Assembly (NCBI GenBank): GCA_035479795.1
Contig: DATIII010000002.1
Location: 84,034 to 148,033 of the forward strand
Direction: 5' to 3'
DNA length: 64,000 nucleotides
Origin: Candidatus Saccharimonadales bacterium
GTDB lineage: Bacteria; Patescibacteriota; Saccharimonadia; UBA4664; SCTI01
This document shows, piece after piece, positions 30,295 through 39,282 of the stretch. The notes under the pieces are model-generated. The model worked only from the letters and a program-made list of their open reading frames with translations, was not told the origin of the DNA and did not search any database. The position numbers were made by a program, and so were the translations under genes. Positions within the stretch are counted from its first letter, which is position 1. Every line of letters starts with the position of its first letter.

Positions 30295-33186
30295 TCAGCT
30301 GGATTTGGCTAAGCTTACTCTTAACTCGGTCCCACCAATCTTGACGTCGGTAGAATAACCTTCAACCGCTTCGGTCAAGGCGACCGTCAAAGTTTCCGCC
30401 CGAATCAGCTTGGAATGAGCCTCAATGGCCTCAGCCACTTCCCCGCTGGCTTTAATACCCAGCTCGATCCGATCGTCCACATCCAGCCCGGCGTCCTTAC
30501 GCGTCTGCTGAACTGTGCGAATTACCTCGCGAGCAATACCTTCGAGCTTCAGCTCCGGGCCAATCTCTGTATCTAGGCGCAATTCTTGACCTTTTACCAC
30601 CTCTTTGACATTCACTTCTTCAGAGATAATTTCCTTCATTTCAAGACGAAAATCGGCCGGGACTTCTAGCTTTGCCAGCGGCTGGCGGACCTTTATGCCT
30701 GCAGCAGCGCGTAAAGATAAGCTATCGGTCACAAAGACGCGTGCGGCTTGCATTTCGCCAATGAGTAACGCTTGCGTTTTAGAAACTTCTGCTTTGGGCC
30801 AGTCGCTCAAATGGACTGACGCCGGCACATCCATGCCTTCCGAAAGTTCGCGCCACATTTTGTCAGCGATAAACGGGCTCCACGGAGCCAGCAGTTGGCT
30901 GATGCGCAAGAGGCAGTAATGCAGCGTGGCATAGGCCGACTGCTTGTCACCATCATCTTCACTCTTCCAGAACCGTCGACGGCTCCGGCGGACATACCAA
31001 TTAGAAAGGTCGTCTATTAAATCGCGCAGCGGGCGAACCGCTCGGGCAATCTGATATTCATCGGCTTGTTTGGTCGCCTCAACGATCGCCTGGTTAACCC
31101 GCGCCAGCATCCATTGATCCAGAACGTTAGCCGACTGCGGCGCTGCCAGTTCCTTGCCTGGCTGCCAGCCGTCAATCTCGGCATACATCGAAAAGAAACT
31201 GTACACATTCCACAGCCGCAAGAAGACATTGCGCTGAACCTCCTGGACGGCTTCGCCCGAAAAACGGACATCCTCACCACTGATCACCGGGCTGGACATA
31301 AAGAAGAAGCGCAACGAGTCAGCACCATACTTATCGAAAACCTCGGCCGGATCGGGGTAGTTATTTAAACGTTTGCTTAGCTTTTTGCCATCAGCCGCCA
31401 GTACCAACCCATTGACTACCACATTCTTAAAGGCGGGCTGGTCAAACAGGGCTGTGCCCAGCACGTGCAGGGTGTAGAACCAGCCGCGGGTCTGATCCAA
31501 GCCCTCGGCGATAAACTCCGCCGGAAAGGCGTTTTTAAAATCTTCTTTGTGCTGAAAAGGATAGTGATCCTGGGCGTAGGGCATGGATCCGGATTCAAAC
31601 CAGCAGTCAAAAACCTCTTCCACGCGAGCATATGTTTTGCCATCTCGCTTGATCTTGATGGCATCAATACCCGGCCGGTGCAGGTCAAATTCTGCCTTAT
31701 GGCCACTTAGTTCGCGCAGTTCATCAAGAGAGCCAACCACTATATAGTCGTCTTTATCGTCAACGTTGACCCAAATGGGCAAAGGCGCGCCCCAGAAGCG
31801 ATTGCGACTAAAGTTCCAATCGCGAGCATCGGCCAGCCAATTGCCAAAACGACCTTGCTTAATATGGGCGGGCACCCAATTGACTTGATTGTTAGTTTCA
31901 ACCAGCTTATCGCGTAACTGCGAAACCTTAATGTACCAAGTTTCGATGGCGAAATACATAAGCGGCGTCTCGCAGCGCCAGCAGAAGGGGTAAGTATGCT
32001 CGGCAGTTTCAGCGGCAAACAGCCTGCCGGCCCTTCCGAGATCTTCAATAATATGGGCGTCAGCGTCCTTAAAGAACATTCCGGCAAACTCACCCATCTC
32101 TCCTGTCATATTACCGAATCCATCGACACTTTCGATGAGCGGCAAATCCTCTTTTAGACCTAATGCTAAATCTGTCTCCCCATATCTGGGAGCCACGTGC
32201 AAAATACCTGTGCCATCTTCTAAAGAAACTGATTCGTCGGCGTAAACCTTCCAGGCATTCTGAGCTTTATCAGGATCAATTGCGGCTAGTTCATAAAGTG
32301 GGTGATAACGCTTACCTGCCAAATCCTGGCCTTTGTGCTGGGCCACCAGCTTGTATTCGGCCTGGCGCAGTTCAAGTTCGCTCAGCCGAGACTTGGCTAG
32401 AACTAATCGCTCACCTTTTTGCCAACTATCACCATTATCCTGGAGTTCAACGGTCACATAGTCTGCTTTGGCATCAACTGCCAAAGCCGCATTCGCAGGT
32501 AGAGTCCATGGTGTTGTGGTCCAGGCCAGCAGCGATGTTTTGTCATCGTCTGCCAGACGAAACTTCACATAAACGCTAGGGTCCGGCACATCGTCTTTGT
32601 AGTTTAAATTGACTTCGAAGTTAGACAGCGGCGTGGCACAGCGCGGGCAATAAGGGTTGGAGCGAAAGCCGCGGTACACCAAATCTTTACGCTGCAGCTC
32701 GCTGAGGACCCACCACACACTTTCAATGTAGTCATCGTCCAATGTGGCATAGCTGTTTTCCATATCAGCCCAGCGGCCAATCCGCCGCATGACGTCTTCC
32801 CATTCATTCTTATATTTAAAGACGCTGGCGCGGGCAGCCTCATTAAACTTCTCGATCCCGAGATCGAGAATCTCGCGCTTAGAATTAATGCCCAACTGCT
32901 TTTCAACAGCGTTTTCAACCGGCAGTCCGTGTGTATCCCAGCCGTTTCGGCGCGGTACATGATAACCCCGCATCGTCTTGTAGCGAGTCACGGCGTCCTT
33001 TTCAGTTAGCGCCACCACGTGTCCATAATGCGGCAGGCCATTGGCAAAAGGTGGGCCGTCATAAAAACTGAAACGCTTGGATCCCTCACGCTTCTGTACC
33101 GACTGCTCAAAAATCTTTTCTTCGTCCCAAACCTTCAGCATTTCGGCTTCGAATCGTGGAAAATCTGCTTGTTCGGCTTTTTTCAT
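30295..33186 (-). CDS. ileS: Isoleucine--tRNA ligase (type 2)
   Basis: DGPPFANGLPHYGH, WTTTPWTLP, DQTRGWFY, KLSKR. SD AGGAG before ATG 33186. Confidence 0.97.
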   Translation of the reverse strand: MKKAEQADFPRFEAEMLKVWDEEKIFEQSVQKREGSKRFSFYDGPPFANGLPHYGHVVALTEKDAVTRYKTMRGYHVPRRNGWDTHGLPVENAVEKQLGINSKREILDLGIEKFNEAARASVFKYKNEWEDVMRRIGRWADMENSYATLDDDYIESVWWVLSELQRKDLVYRGFRSNPYCPRCATPLSNFEVNLNYKDDVPDPSVYVKFRLADDDKTSLLAWTTTPWTLPANAALAVDAKADYVTVELQDNGDSWQKGERLVLAKSRLSELELRQAEYKLVAQHKGQDLAGKRYHPLYELAAIDPDKAQNAWKVYADESVSLEDGTGILHVAPRYGETDLALGLKEDLPLIESVDGFGNMTGEMGEFAGMFFKDADAHIIEDLGRAGRLFAAETAEHTYPFCWRCETPLMYFAIETWYIKVSQLRDKLVETNNQVNWVPAHIKQGRFGNWLADARDWNFSRNRFWGAPLPIWVNVDDKDDYIVVGSLDELRELSGHKAEFDLHRPGIDAIKIKRDGKTYARVEEVFDCWFESGSMPYAQDHYPFQHKEDFKNAFPAEFIAEGLDQTRGWFYTLHVLGTALFDQPAFKNVVVNGLVLAADGKKLSKRLNNYPDPAEVFDKYGADSLRFFFMSSPVISGEDVRFSGEAVQEVQRNVFLRLWNVYSFFSMYAEIDGWQPGKELAAPQSANVLDQWMLARVNQAIVEATKQADEYQIARAVRPLRDLIDDLSNWYVRRSRRRFWKSEDDGDKQSAYATLHYCLLRISQLLAPWSPFIADKMWRELSEGMDVPASVHLSDWPKAEVSKTQALLIGEMQAARVFVTDSLSLRAAAGIKVRQPLAKLEVPADFRLEMKEIISEEVNVKEVVKGQELRLDTEIGPELKLEGIAREVIRTVQQTRKDAGLDVDDRIELGIKASGEVAEAIEAHSKLIRAETLTVALTEAVEGYSTDVKIGGTELRVSLAKSS

Positions 33187-33212
33187 GTTTACTCCTAAAA
33201 AATAATCCACCT

Positions 33213-33385
33213 ATTGCAGGGGCTCCGCTATCAGCGGAACGGTGCCACCCTGCTTCAAGTGGACTTCATTTGCCTCGTCTTACGCGGAGGTTACGGCCAG
33301 TTCTAATTTCCGCCGAGGCGGGTTTCTTCCGGCGACCTGCCTACTAGCAGATAGGCTTGCGGGTGATAACCGCTCGAGGTCATTG
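33213..33385 (-). ncRNA. Ile T-box riboswitch (short stem I, actinobacterial ileS type)
   Basis: Minus strand: GCGGTT-ATC-ACCCGC specifier hairpin, GGAAGAA...TAGAAC stem II, T-box AAGCAGGGTGGCACCG pairing with CCCCTGC. Confidence 0.88.
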
Positions 33386-33403
33386 ATATTGTTAATTTAA
33401 ATT

Positions 33404-33667
33404 CTAACCTGGTACAACCCTGTGCGCAAGCATGGCTAGAAGCTGTAATAGCAAAAAAGCTGCCAGCGGCGTGAAATCAAAAATCCCAGTATTGGGTAAT
33501 AATCGCCGAATTGGCGCCATTATTGGCTCCGTCAGTTCCATAATTAACACCCCAAAGCCACCAGTCGGCATCGGATTCACCCAACTCATCAATACCCGGA
33601 TCAGGATCAAAAGGTTAAATACGAGGACGAAGAGGTCGATGAAGTTGACAACTATCTGGGCCAGCAT
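33404..33667 (-). CDS. YggT family membrane protein
   Basis: RVLMSWVNP, LTEPIMAPIRRLLP, DFTPL. Confidence 0.92.
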   Translation of the reverse strand: MLAQIVVNFIDLFVLVFNLLILIRVLMSWVNPMPTGGFGVLIMELTEPIMAPIRRLLPNTGIFDFTPLAAFLLLQLLAMLAHRVVPG

Positions 33668-33922
33668 CTATGAGTTAGCCAAATAAGAGATGTCAGCAAC
33701 TAGTGGTAGTTGGTCCCATTTGGCCGCAACTTGGCCATCCTGACGCGCCAACACCACGGCCGGGCGGGCCAGAACATCATATAGTTCGGCTAACCGGATG
33801 CCTTCATTCGAATCAGCATCGAGCAGTTTGACATCTACCTTGGCCTTTTCGAGTTCACTTTTAAACCTAGCTATGTCCCGTTCCTCGGGTCCACCGGCGG
33901 TATAAAAAACGTAGGCAGTCAT
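33668..33922 (-). CDS. Small hypothetical protein, possible thioredoxin-like fold without CxxC
   Basis: DADSNEG..LAELYDVLARPAVVL..DGQV resembles the Trx C-terminal pattern. No Cys. Confidence 0.7.
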   Translation of the reverse strand: MTAYVFYTAGGPEERDIARFKSELEKAKVDVKLLDADSNEGIRLAELYDVLARPAVVLARQDGQVAAKWDQLPLVADISYLANS

Positions 33923-33927
33923 AAATA

Positions 33928-33960
33928 CAGGATACAGGATTCAGAATTGAGGATCCAGAA
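33928..33960. repeat. Heptamer tandem repeat
   Basis: CAGGATA CAGGATT CAGAATT GAGGATC CAGAA. Confidence 0.65.
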
Positions 33961-33966
33961 CGTAAG

Positions 33967-34000
33967 AAGGGCTGGGTACGCTTTCGCGCACCCAGCCCTT
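33967..34000 (-). terminator. Hairpin terminator after nrdJ
   Basis: AAGGGCTGGGTACGC-TTTC-GCGCACCCAGCCCTT. The mismatch is a G-U pair on the minus strand. Confidence 0.75.
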
Positions 34001-34011
34001 GGTTTGCGGTA

Positions 34012-36858
34012 TTAGCCGCAGCCGGTGTTGTTACCACAGCTGTTGCAGGTGTAGCACGAGCCCGTCCGCTGCATCATGCCGCCGCACTGGCTGCAGGCCG
34101 GACCCAGCTCCAGGCCGGGCAGGCTGTGGTTGCCATTGCTGGGGGCGGCCGTGATGGACGAACCCATCTCGGCGGTCTCGTTGGCCTTGACCTCGGACGG
34201 CACCTCGGAGGGCGCCACCTCGGTCACCTTCATCTCGCCGGCCGCACCATCGACGAGGGTGGTCTCGGCCAGCTCGGGGATCTGAATACCCAGAGCCTCC
34301 ATGTGCTCGGGCTCGTGCCGCATGTAACGCGACGCCAGCCAGCGCATGATGTAGTCAGGCATGGACTTGGCGAACGGGATCTCCGGGTTGCGGGTAATCC
34401 CCTCTGGCTCGAACTTCATGTGCGAGAACTTGTACACCAGCGTCTCGAGCGGCACCCCGTACTGGAGCGCGATCGAAATCGCCGTGGCAAAGGAGTTCAT
34501 CATCCCCCGCAAGGTCGATCCCTCCTTGCCAATGTCGGTGAGGAAGATCTCCCCAACGGTGCCGTCCTCGTACAAGCCGGCGGTGATGTACCACTCGAAC
34601 CCGGCCACCTCGGCCTTGTGCGTCAGCGACTGCCGCTCCTTGGGCATGCGGTTGCGACGCGGGCCGGCCTCAGCGATGGCCTTGGCCACGATGGCCTCGA
34701 CATCGCTGGGGGTGTAGGCGGCCTTGGCCGCCTGCTTCTTGCCCCCGACGGTGACGTAGGCCTGGGCGGCCTTGGAGCCGTCGACGTAGAGTGCCAGGGC
34801 CTTGACCCCGTGCTTCCACGCCTGGATGTAGGCGTCCATCACGTCCTCGGCGGTGGCCTTCGCAGGGAGGTTGACCGTCTTGGAAATGGCGCCAGAGATG
34901 AAGGGCTGAACCGACCCCATCATCTTGATGTGCCCCATGTGGCTGATCGCCCGCGCCCCAACCGCAACGTCGAACACCGGGAGATGGTCGTCGGACAGGT
35001 GCGGCGCATCGGACAGGTCACCCTTGGCATCGAGGTGCTCGAGGATCTCGTCGATGTGATTCGACTTGTACCCCAAGCTCTCCAGAGCCGGCCGAACCGA
35101 CTGATTGACCATCTTGATCCGGCCGCCGCCCACTAGGTCCTTGAGCTTCACCAAGGAGAAGTCGGGCTCGACGCCGGTGGTGTCGCAATCCATCAGGAAC
35201 GAGATCGTCCCCGTCGGCGCTAGCACCGTGGCCTGGGCGTTGCGGTAGCCATTGATCTCGCCCTCGGCGACCGCTGCTTCCCAGTCCTCCTGGGCTGCAG
35301 CCAGCAGCATGGAGTCCGAGCAGTGCTCGATCTCGCGGCTGGCGTCGCGATGCATGCGCATCACGTTGTTGTGTGGCTCGCGGTTCTCCTCGTAGCGGTC
35401 GTAGGGGCCGACAGCCTCAGCGAACCGCGCCGAGTTGAGGTAGGCCCGTCCGGTCATCAGCGCCGTGATAGCGGCAGCCAGCCCGCGACCCTCGTCGGAG
35501 TCATAGGGCAGGCCGCTCTGCATCAGGTAGGCGCCAAGATCGGCGTAGCCGAGACCAAGCTGCCGGAAAGCCCGTGCGTTGTCCCCGATCTTCTCGGTGG
35601 GATAGCTGGACGGGCCAACGATGATCTCCTGCGCCAGGTAGACGATGTCGACGACGTGGCGCATGGTTGCGACGTCGAACGTGCCATCCGGAAGCCGAAA
35701 CTTGGTCAGACGCAGCGAGGCCAGGTTGCAAGCCGAATCGTCGACATGCATGTACTCGCTGCACGGGTTCGAGGCGTTGATGCGCCCCGAGTTCGGGCAG
35801 GTGTGCCACTGGTTGATGATGGTGTCGAACTGAATGCCGGGGTCAGCGCAGCGCCAGGCTGCGTCGGCCACCGCCACCATCAGCTCGCGAGCCGTCATCG
35901 GCTGACCCGTCTCCGGATCGACCACGTCATGCTGTGAGCCGTCGATCCGCCACCGGACTTGCCAGGGCGCCGTCTCCCCACCCTCCACCAGCGACATGAA
36001 GTCGTCGGTGACGCGGATGGAGTTGTTGGCATTCTGGAAGGGCACCCGCCAGCGATCCTTGCCGTCGACGGACACGTCGTAGCCGAGCGCGTCCAGCTCC
36101 TTGGCAAAGTCCTCAGCATCCGCCTTGCAGCGGGCAAAATGGAGGATGTCCGGATGGTCGACCTCTAGGACAACCATCTTGGCGGCCCGGCGGGTCTTGC
36201 CACCGGACTTGATGACCCCGGCCCAGGCGTCAGCGCCGAGCATGAAGGACACTGGGCCCGAAGCGGTGCCGCCCTTACTGAGCGGCTCCATCGACCCACG
36301 GATCTTCGACAGGTTGATGCCGGAACCCGACCCACCTCGGAAGATCTTCCCCTCCTGGGTGTTCCAGAAGAGGATGTCGTCCATCTCGTCCTCTGTTGAG
36401 AGGATGAAGCAAGCCGAGCACTGCGGCTGCTCCTCGAATCCGACGTTGAACCAGACAGGGCTGTTGAAGGCCGCATACTGGTGGAGCAGGATGTGGGTCA
36501 ACTCGTCGCGAAAGGCGTTGCCGTCTTCCTCGGTCGCGAAGTAACCCAGCTCCTGACCCCAAGCGGCGATCGTGCCGGCAACGCGGCCGATCATCTGCTT
36601 GACGCTGTTCTCGCGCGCCGGCTTATCCAGCTGGCCGCGGAAGTACTTCTGCGACACAATGTTGGTCGCGGTCAAGCTCCAGGTCTTGGGGAACTCGACA
36701 TTCTTCTGCTTGAAGCTGGGGTTGTCAGGATCGCCGATCAGCGCCGTCCGCTTCTCCCACTCGACAGAGTCGAAGGGGTCGGCACCAGGCGTCGTGAAAA
36801 CGCGGCGGACCACCAGACCAGAGTCCTGATCCAGGCGCTGCTGCATGGTTCCAGCCAT
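34012..36858 (-). CDS. nrdJ: Vitamin B12-dependent (class II) ribonucleotide reductase with TSCPD domain
   Basis: FNSPVWFN, QCSACFI, NASNPCSEY, APTGTIS, GAISKTVN and a C-terminal CxxC...CxxC-GCG. SD AGGAG. Confidence 0.96.
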   Translation of the reverse strand: MAGTMQQRLDQDSGLVVRRVFTTPGADPFDSVEWEKRTALIGDPDNPSFKQKNVEFPKTWSLTATNIVSQKYFRGQLDKPARENSVKQMIGRVAGTIAAWGQELGYFATEEDGNAFRDELTHILLHQYAAFNSPVWFNVGFEEQPQCSACFILSTEDEMDDILFWNTQEGKIFRGGSGSGINLSKIRGSMEPLSKGGTASGPVSFMLGADAWAGVIKSGGKTRRAAKMVVLEVDHPDILHFARCKADAEDFAKELDALGYDVSVDGKDRWRVPFQNANNSIRVTDDFMSLVEGGETAPWQVRWRIDGSQHDVVDPETGQPMTARELMVAVADAAWRCADPGIQFDTIINQWHTCPNSGRINASNPCSEYMHVDDSACNLASLRLTKFRLPDGTFDVATMRHVVDIVYLAQEIIVGPSSYPTEKIGDNARAFRQLGLGYADLGAYLMQSGLPYDSDEGRGLAAAITALMTGRAYLNSARFAEAVGPYDRYEENREPHNNVMRMHRDASREIEHCSDSMLLAAAQEDWEAAVAEGEINGYRNAQATVLAPTGTISFLMDCDTTGVEPDFSLVKLKDLVGGGRIKMVNQSVRPALESLGYKSNHIDEILEHLDAKGDLSDAPHLSDDHLPVFDVAVGARAISHMGHIKMMGSVQPFISGAISKTVNLPAKATAEDVMDAYIQAWKHGVKALALYVDGSKAAQAYVTVGGKKQAAKAAYTPSDVEAIVAKAIAEAGPRRNRMPKERQSLTHKAEVAGFEWYITAGLYEDGTVGEIFLTDIGKEGSTLRGMMNSFATAISIALQYGVPLETLVYKFSHMKFEPEGITRNPEIPFAKSMPDYIMRWLASRYMRHEPEHMEALGIQIPELAETTLVDGAAGEMKVTEVAPSEVPSEVKANETAEMGSSITAAPSNGNHSLPGLELGPACSQCGGMMQRTGSCYTCNSCGNNTGCG

Positions 36859-37070
36859 GTTGATTCTCCTTCCTGCCGCTTTTCGGGCAGATCGTTTGAA
36901 ATGCCCTCGGCAGTCAGACTTGTTGACTTACGTTTGAGAGGACAGGCGAGGTCCTTAAGCACCCTCACCTAAGGTGCCTCGAGTGTCATCTCATGTAAGT
37001 GTTTTTCAACGTTCGTTTGGGTTTAGTACCCATCTGGCCGCTCGAACCACCTCGAGAAGCCGGACGGGGA

Positions 37071-37538
37071 TTAAACCTGCCCGAGACTGCGGGATTTTAG
37101 CTTGGCTACCTCCGCTTCAAAGCTTTCAATGTCGGCAAATGAGCGATACACACTGGCAAACCGTACGTAAGCCACATCGTCCAAGCCCATCAACTTGGTC
37201 ATTACAATCTCGCCGACTTTGGCCGCTGGAATCTCCGCCTCGCCGATGGCCCGGACCTCTCGCTCGATTTCATCAATGACTTCCTCGATCCGGCCAATCG
37301 AAATCGGGCGCTTTTCAGTAGCCCGGTACAGGCCACCCGCCACCTTTTGACGATTAAACGGCTCACGGCGGCCGTCCTTTTTAACTATGGCCACACTCGG
37401 CCGTTCCAGCCGCTCATAGGTTGTAAAGCGCAGACCACACTTAAGACACTGCCGACGCCGGCGAATTGATGCCCCCTCTTCTAAGTCACGTGACTCGATG
37501 ACCTTAGAGTCTAAATATTCACACTCGTGACACTTCAC
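37071..37538 (-). CDS. nrdR: Transcriptional repressor NrdR
   Basis: KCHEC, SKVIESR, IRRRRQCLKCGLRFTTYE, ATP cone, AYVRFASVY. GTG start. Confidence 0.97.
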   Translation of the reverse strand: MKCHECEYLDSKVIESRDLEEGASIRRRRQCLKCGLRFTTYERLERPSVAIVKKDGRREPFNRQKVAGGLYRATEKRPISIGRIEEVIDEIEREVRAIGEAEIPAAKVGEIVMTKLMGLDDVAYVRFASVYRSFADIESFEAEVAKLKSRSLGQV

Positions 37539-37544
37539 GTGCTT

Positions 37545-37560
37545 CCCCCACATTTAGCGT
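37545..37560. promoter_or_regulatory. Putative NrdR box over the nrdR leader
   Basis: CCCCCACATTTAGCGT fits acaCwAtATaTwGtgt at the conserved positions. Confidence 0.45.
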
Positions 37561-37633
37561 AACCTTTATACACTATAACGCTAGGCTTACGGATGCCGTC
37601 AAGGCGCTTTTGCACACAATATCTGTAGGCAAC

Positions 37634-37657
37634 AAAAAAGCGGCCTTAAGGTCGCTT
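37634..37657 (-). terminator. Intrinsic terminator after ftsZ
   Basis: GCGACC-TTAA-GGCCGC-TTTTTT on the minus strand (one mismatch). Confidence 0.6.
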
Positions 37658-37720
37658 AATGCTTATGGGCATAAGTAAGATCTCTCAACTAGCGCTCGAG
37701 ATAAGGAACGCTTCGCTTCC

Positions 37721-39028
37721 TTACTTTTTGCGGCGTAGGAAGGCAGGTATGTCCAAATCATCCTGCTCCAACCCCAGAGCAGAGTCCATGACCGGCATGA
37801 CCTTTGGCTTCTCGTCCGGCTTTGGTTGGTTTTTTGGCTCAGCATCAGGCTCAATCGAGCTGACGCTTGGGCGCACGGGCTCATCGAAAACCGATAAGTC
37901 ACCACCTGTATCGATCGGCTCGTCAATAAATGGCCCACTCGCAAATCGATTAGCCACCGGGAGACTTTCTGGCTTTTCCAAAACTTCATCCTCAAAGCTA
38001 CTGAAGCCCGGTTCCGCCACCACCGCCTCACGACGAACAGCACTGTGGCTAAAGATCGGTCGTTGTGCTCGGCGTTCGCCGTCAAAACCGGTGGCCACCA
38101 CCGTAATCTTGATATCATCATCCATCGTCTCATCGAGCACGGCACCAAATATGATGTTAGCGCTGGGATCAACCGCTTCAGTAATAACTTTGGCTGCCTC
38201 ATCAATCTCGTGCATGCTCATATTGCGGCCACCAGTGATATTGAACAGTACCCCCTTGGCACCATCGATTGAGACCTCTAGTAGAGGTGAGTCAATCGCC
38301 TGTTTGGCGGCTTCAACAGCTCGATTCTCACCCTTGGCCCGACCGATGCCCATCAGAGCTGAACCAGCGTCTTGCATGATCGACTTAACATCGGCGAAAT
38401 CTAGGTTAATCAAACCGTGAACGGTAATTAGATCGGAAACACCTTGAACACCCTGCTGCAGTACATCATCTACGACCTTAAAGGCGTCAAGCAGACTGGT
38501 TTTGCGATCAATCATTTCTAGAAGCTTGTCATTCGGCACGGTAATTAAAGTGTCAACGTTCCCCTTTAGCTCCTCAATCCCGCGGTCAGCGCTGGACATC
38601 CGGCGTTCGCCTTCAAAACTAAACGGCTTGGTTACAATGCCGATGACTAGCGAGCCGGCCTCCCGAGCTGCCGCTGCAATCAGTGGAGCTGCTCCCGTAC
38701 CGGTTCCGCCACCCAAACCAGCGGTTATAAAGACCATGTCGGCCCCCCGCAGCATCTTGGTAAGATCTTGTTCACTTTCCTCGGCCGCCCGCCGGCCAAT
38801 CTCTGGATCGGCTCCAGCACCCAAGCCCCTGGTTAGGGTCTGTCCGATGTGGACTTTTTGAGTGGCATGGGAATGATGCAGCGACTGAGCATCTGTATTG
38901 ACCGCTACAAACTCAATGCCATGCACCTTAGATTTGACCATTCTTTCGACGGCTGCAGTGCCGCCGCCGCCCACACCTACCACTTTAATACGGGCAAATG
39001 TTTGTATTTCCGGTAAAACTTCAGCCAT
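37721..39028 (-). CDS. ftsZ: Cell division protein FtsZ
   Basis: IKVVGVGGGG, GGGTGTG, NLDFAD, C-terminal LDIPAFLRR. Confidence 0.99.
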   Translation of the reverse strand: MAEVLPEIQTFARIKVVGVGGGGTAAVERMVKSKVHGIEFVAVNTDAQSLHHSHATQKVHIGQTLTRGLGAGADPEIGRRAAEESEQDLTKMLRGADMVFITAGLGGGTGTGAAPLIAAAAREAGSLVIGIVTKPFSFEGERRMSSADRGIEELKGNVDTLITVPNDKLLEMIDRKTSLLDAFKVVDDVLQQGVQGVSDLITVHGLINLDFADVKSIMQDAGSALMGIGRAKGENRAVEAAKQAIDSPLLEVSIDGAKGVLFNITGGRNMSMHEIDEAAKVITEAVDPSANIIFGAVLDETMDDDIKITVVATGFDGERRAQRPIFSHSAVRREAVVAEPGFSSFEDEVLEKPESLPVANRFASGPFIDEPIDTGGDLSVFDEPVRPSVSSIEPDAEPKNQPKPDEKPKVMPVMDSALGLEQDDLDIPAFLRRKK

Positions 39029-39236
39029 CTTGATAATTACTCCTTACCATATCTGGAACGTCGAAAACGACGTCACTGCCCCAGTTTAGCTATAGCATTT
39101 TTATATTGCAAATTATTTATTCACAGGCTTTTACACAGACATTTCGAACACATTTTTTATACTTAAACCTGGCGGATCGGGTGTTTTATGCTTACGCTAG
39201 GCAGTTGCAAGATGTGTATTCAGAAAAGTTACACAC

Positions 39237-39260
39237 AAAAAAGGCCTAATTCTTAGGCCT
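39237..39260 (-). terminator. Terminator after ftsA
   Basis: AGGCCTAA-GAA-TTAGGCCT followed by a T-run on the minus strand. Confidence 0.65.
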
Positions 39261-39282
39261 CCGAACAAAATGTTTGTTTGAT

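Noticed and set aside
34076-36972. Long plus-strand ORFs (for example 34126..35136) opposite nrdJ
   Set aside because: Expected shadow frames of a GC-rich gene, with no recognisable motifs.
36859-37070. Possible cobalamin riboswitch ahead of nrdJ
   Set aside because: Hairpins are present, but I found no B12-box or GCCACTG-type conserved elements.
39105-39240. Replication origin
   Set aside because: Few boxes, no dnaA nearby and no switch in gene orientation. Kept only as a possible regulatory cluster.
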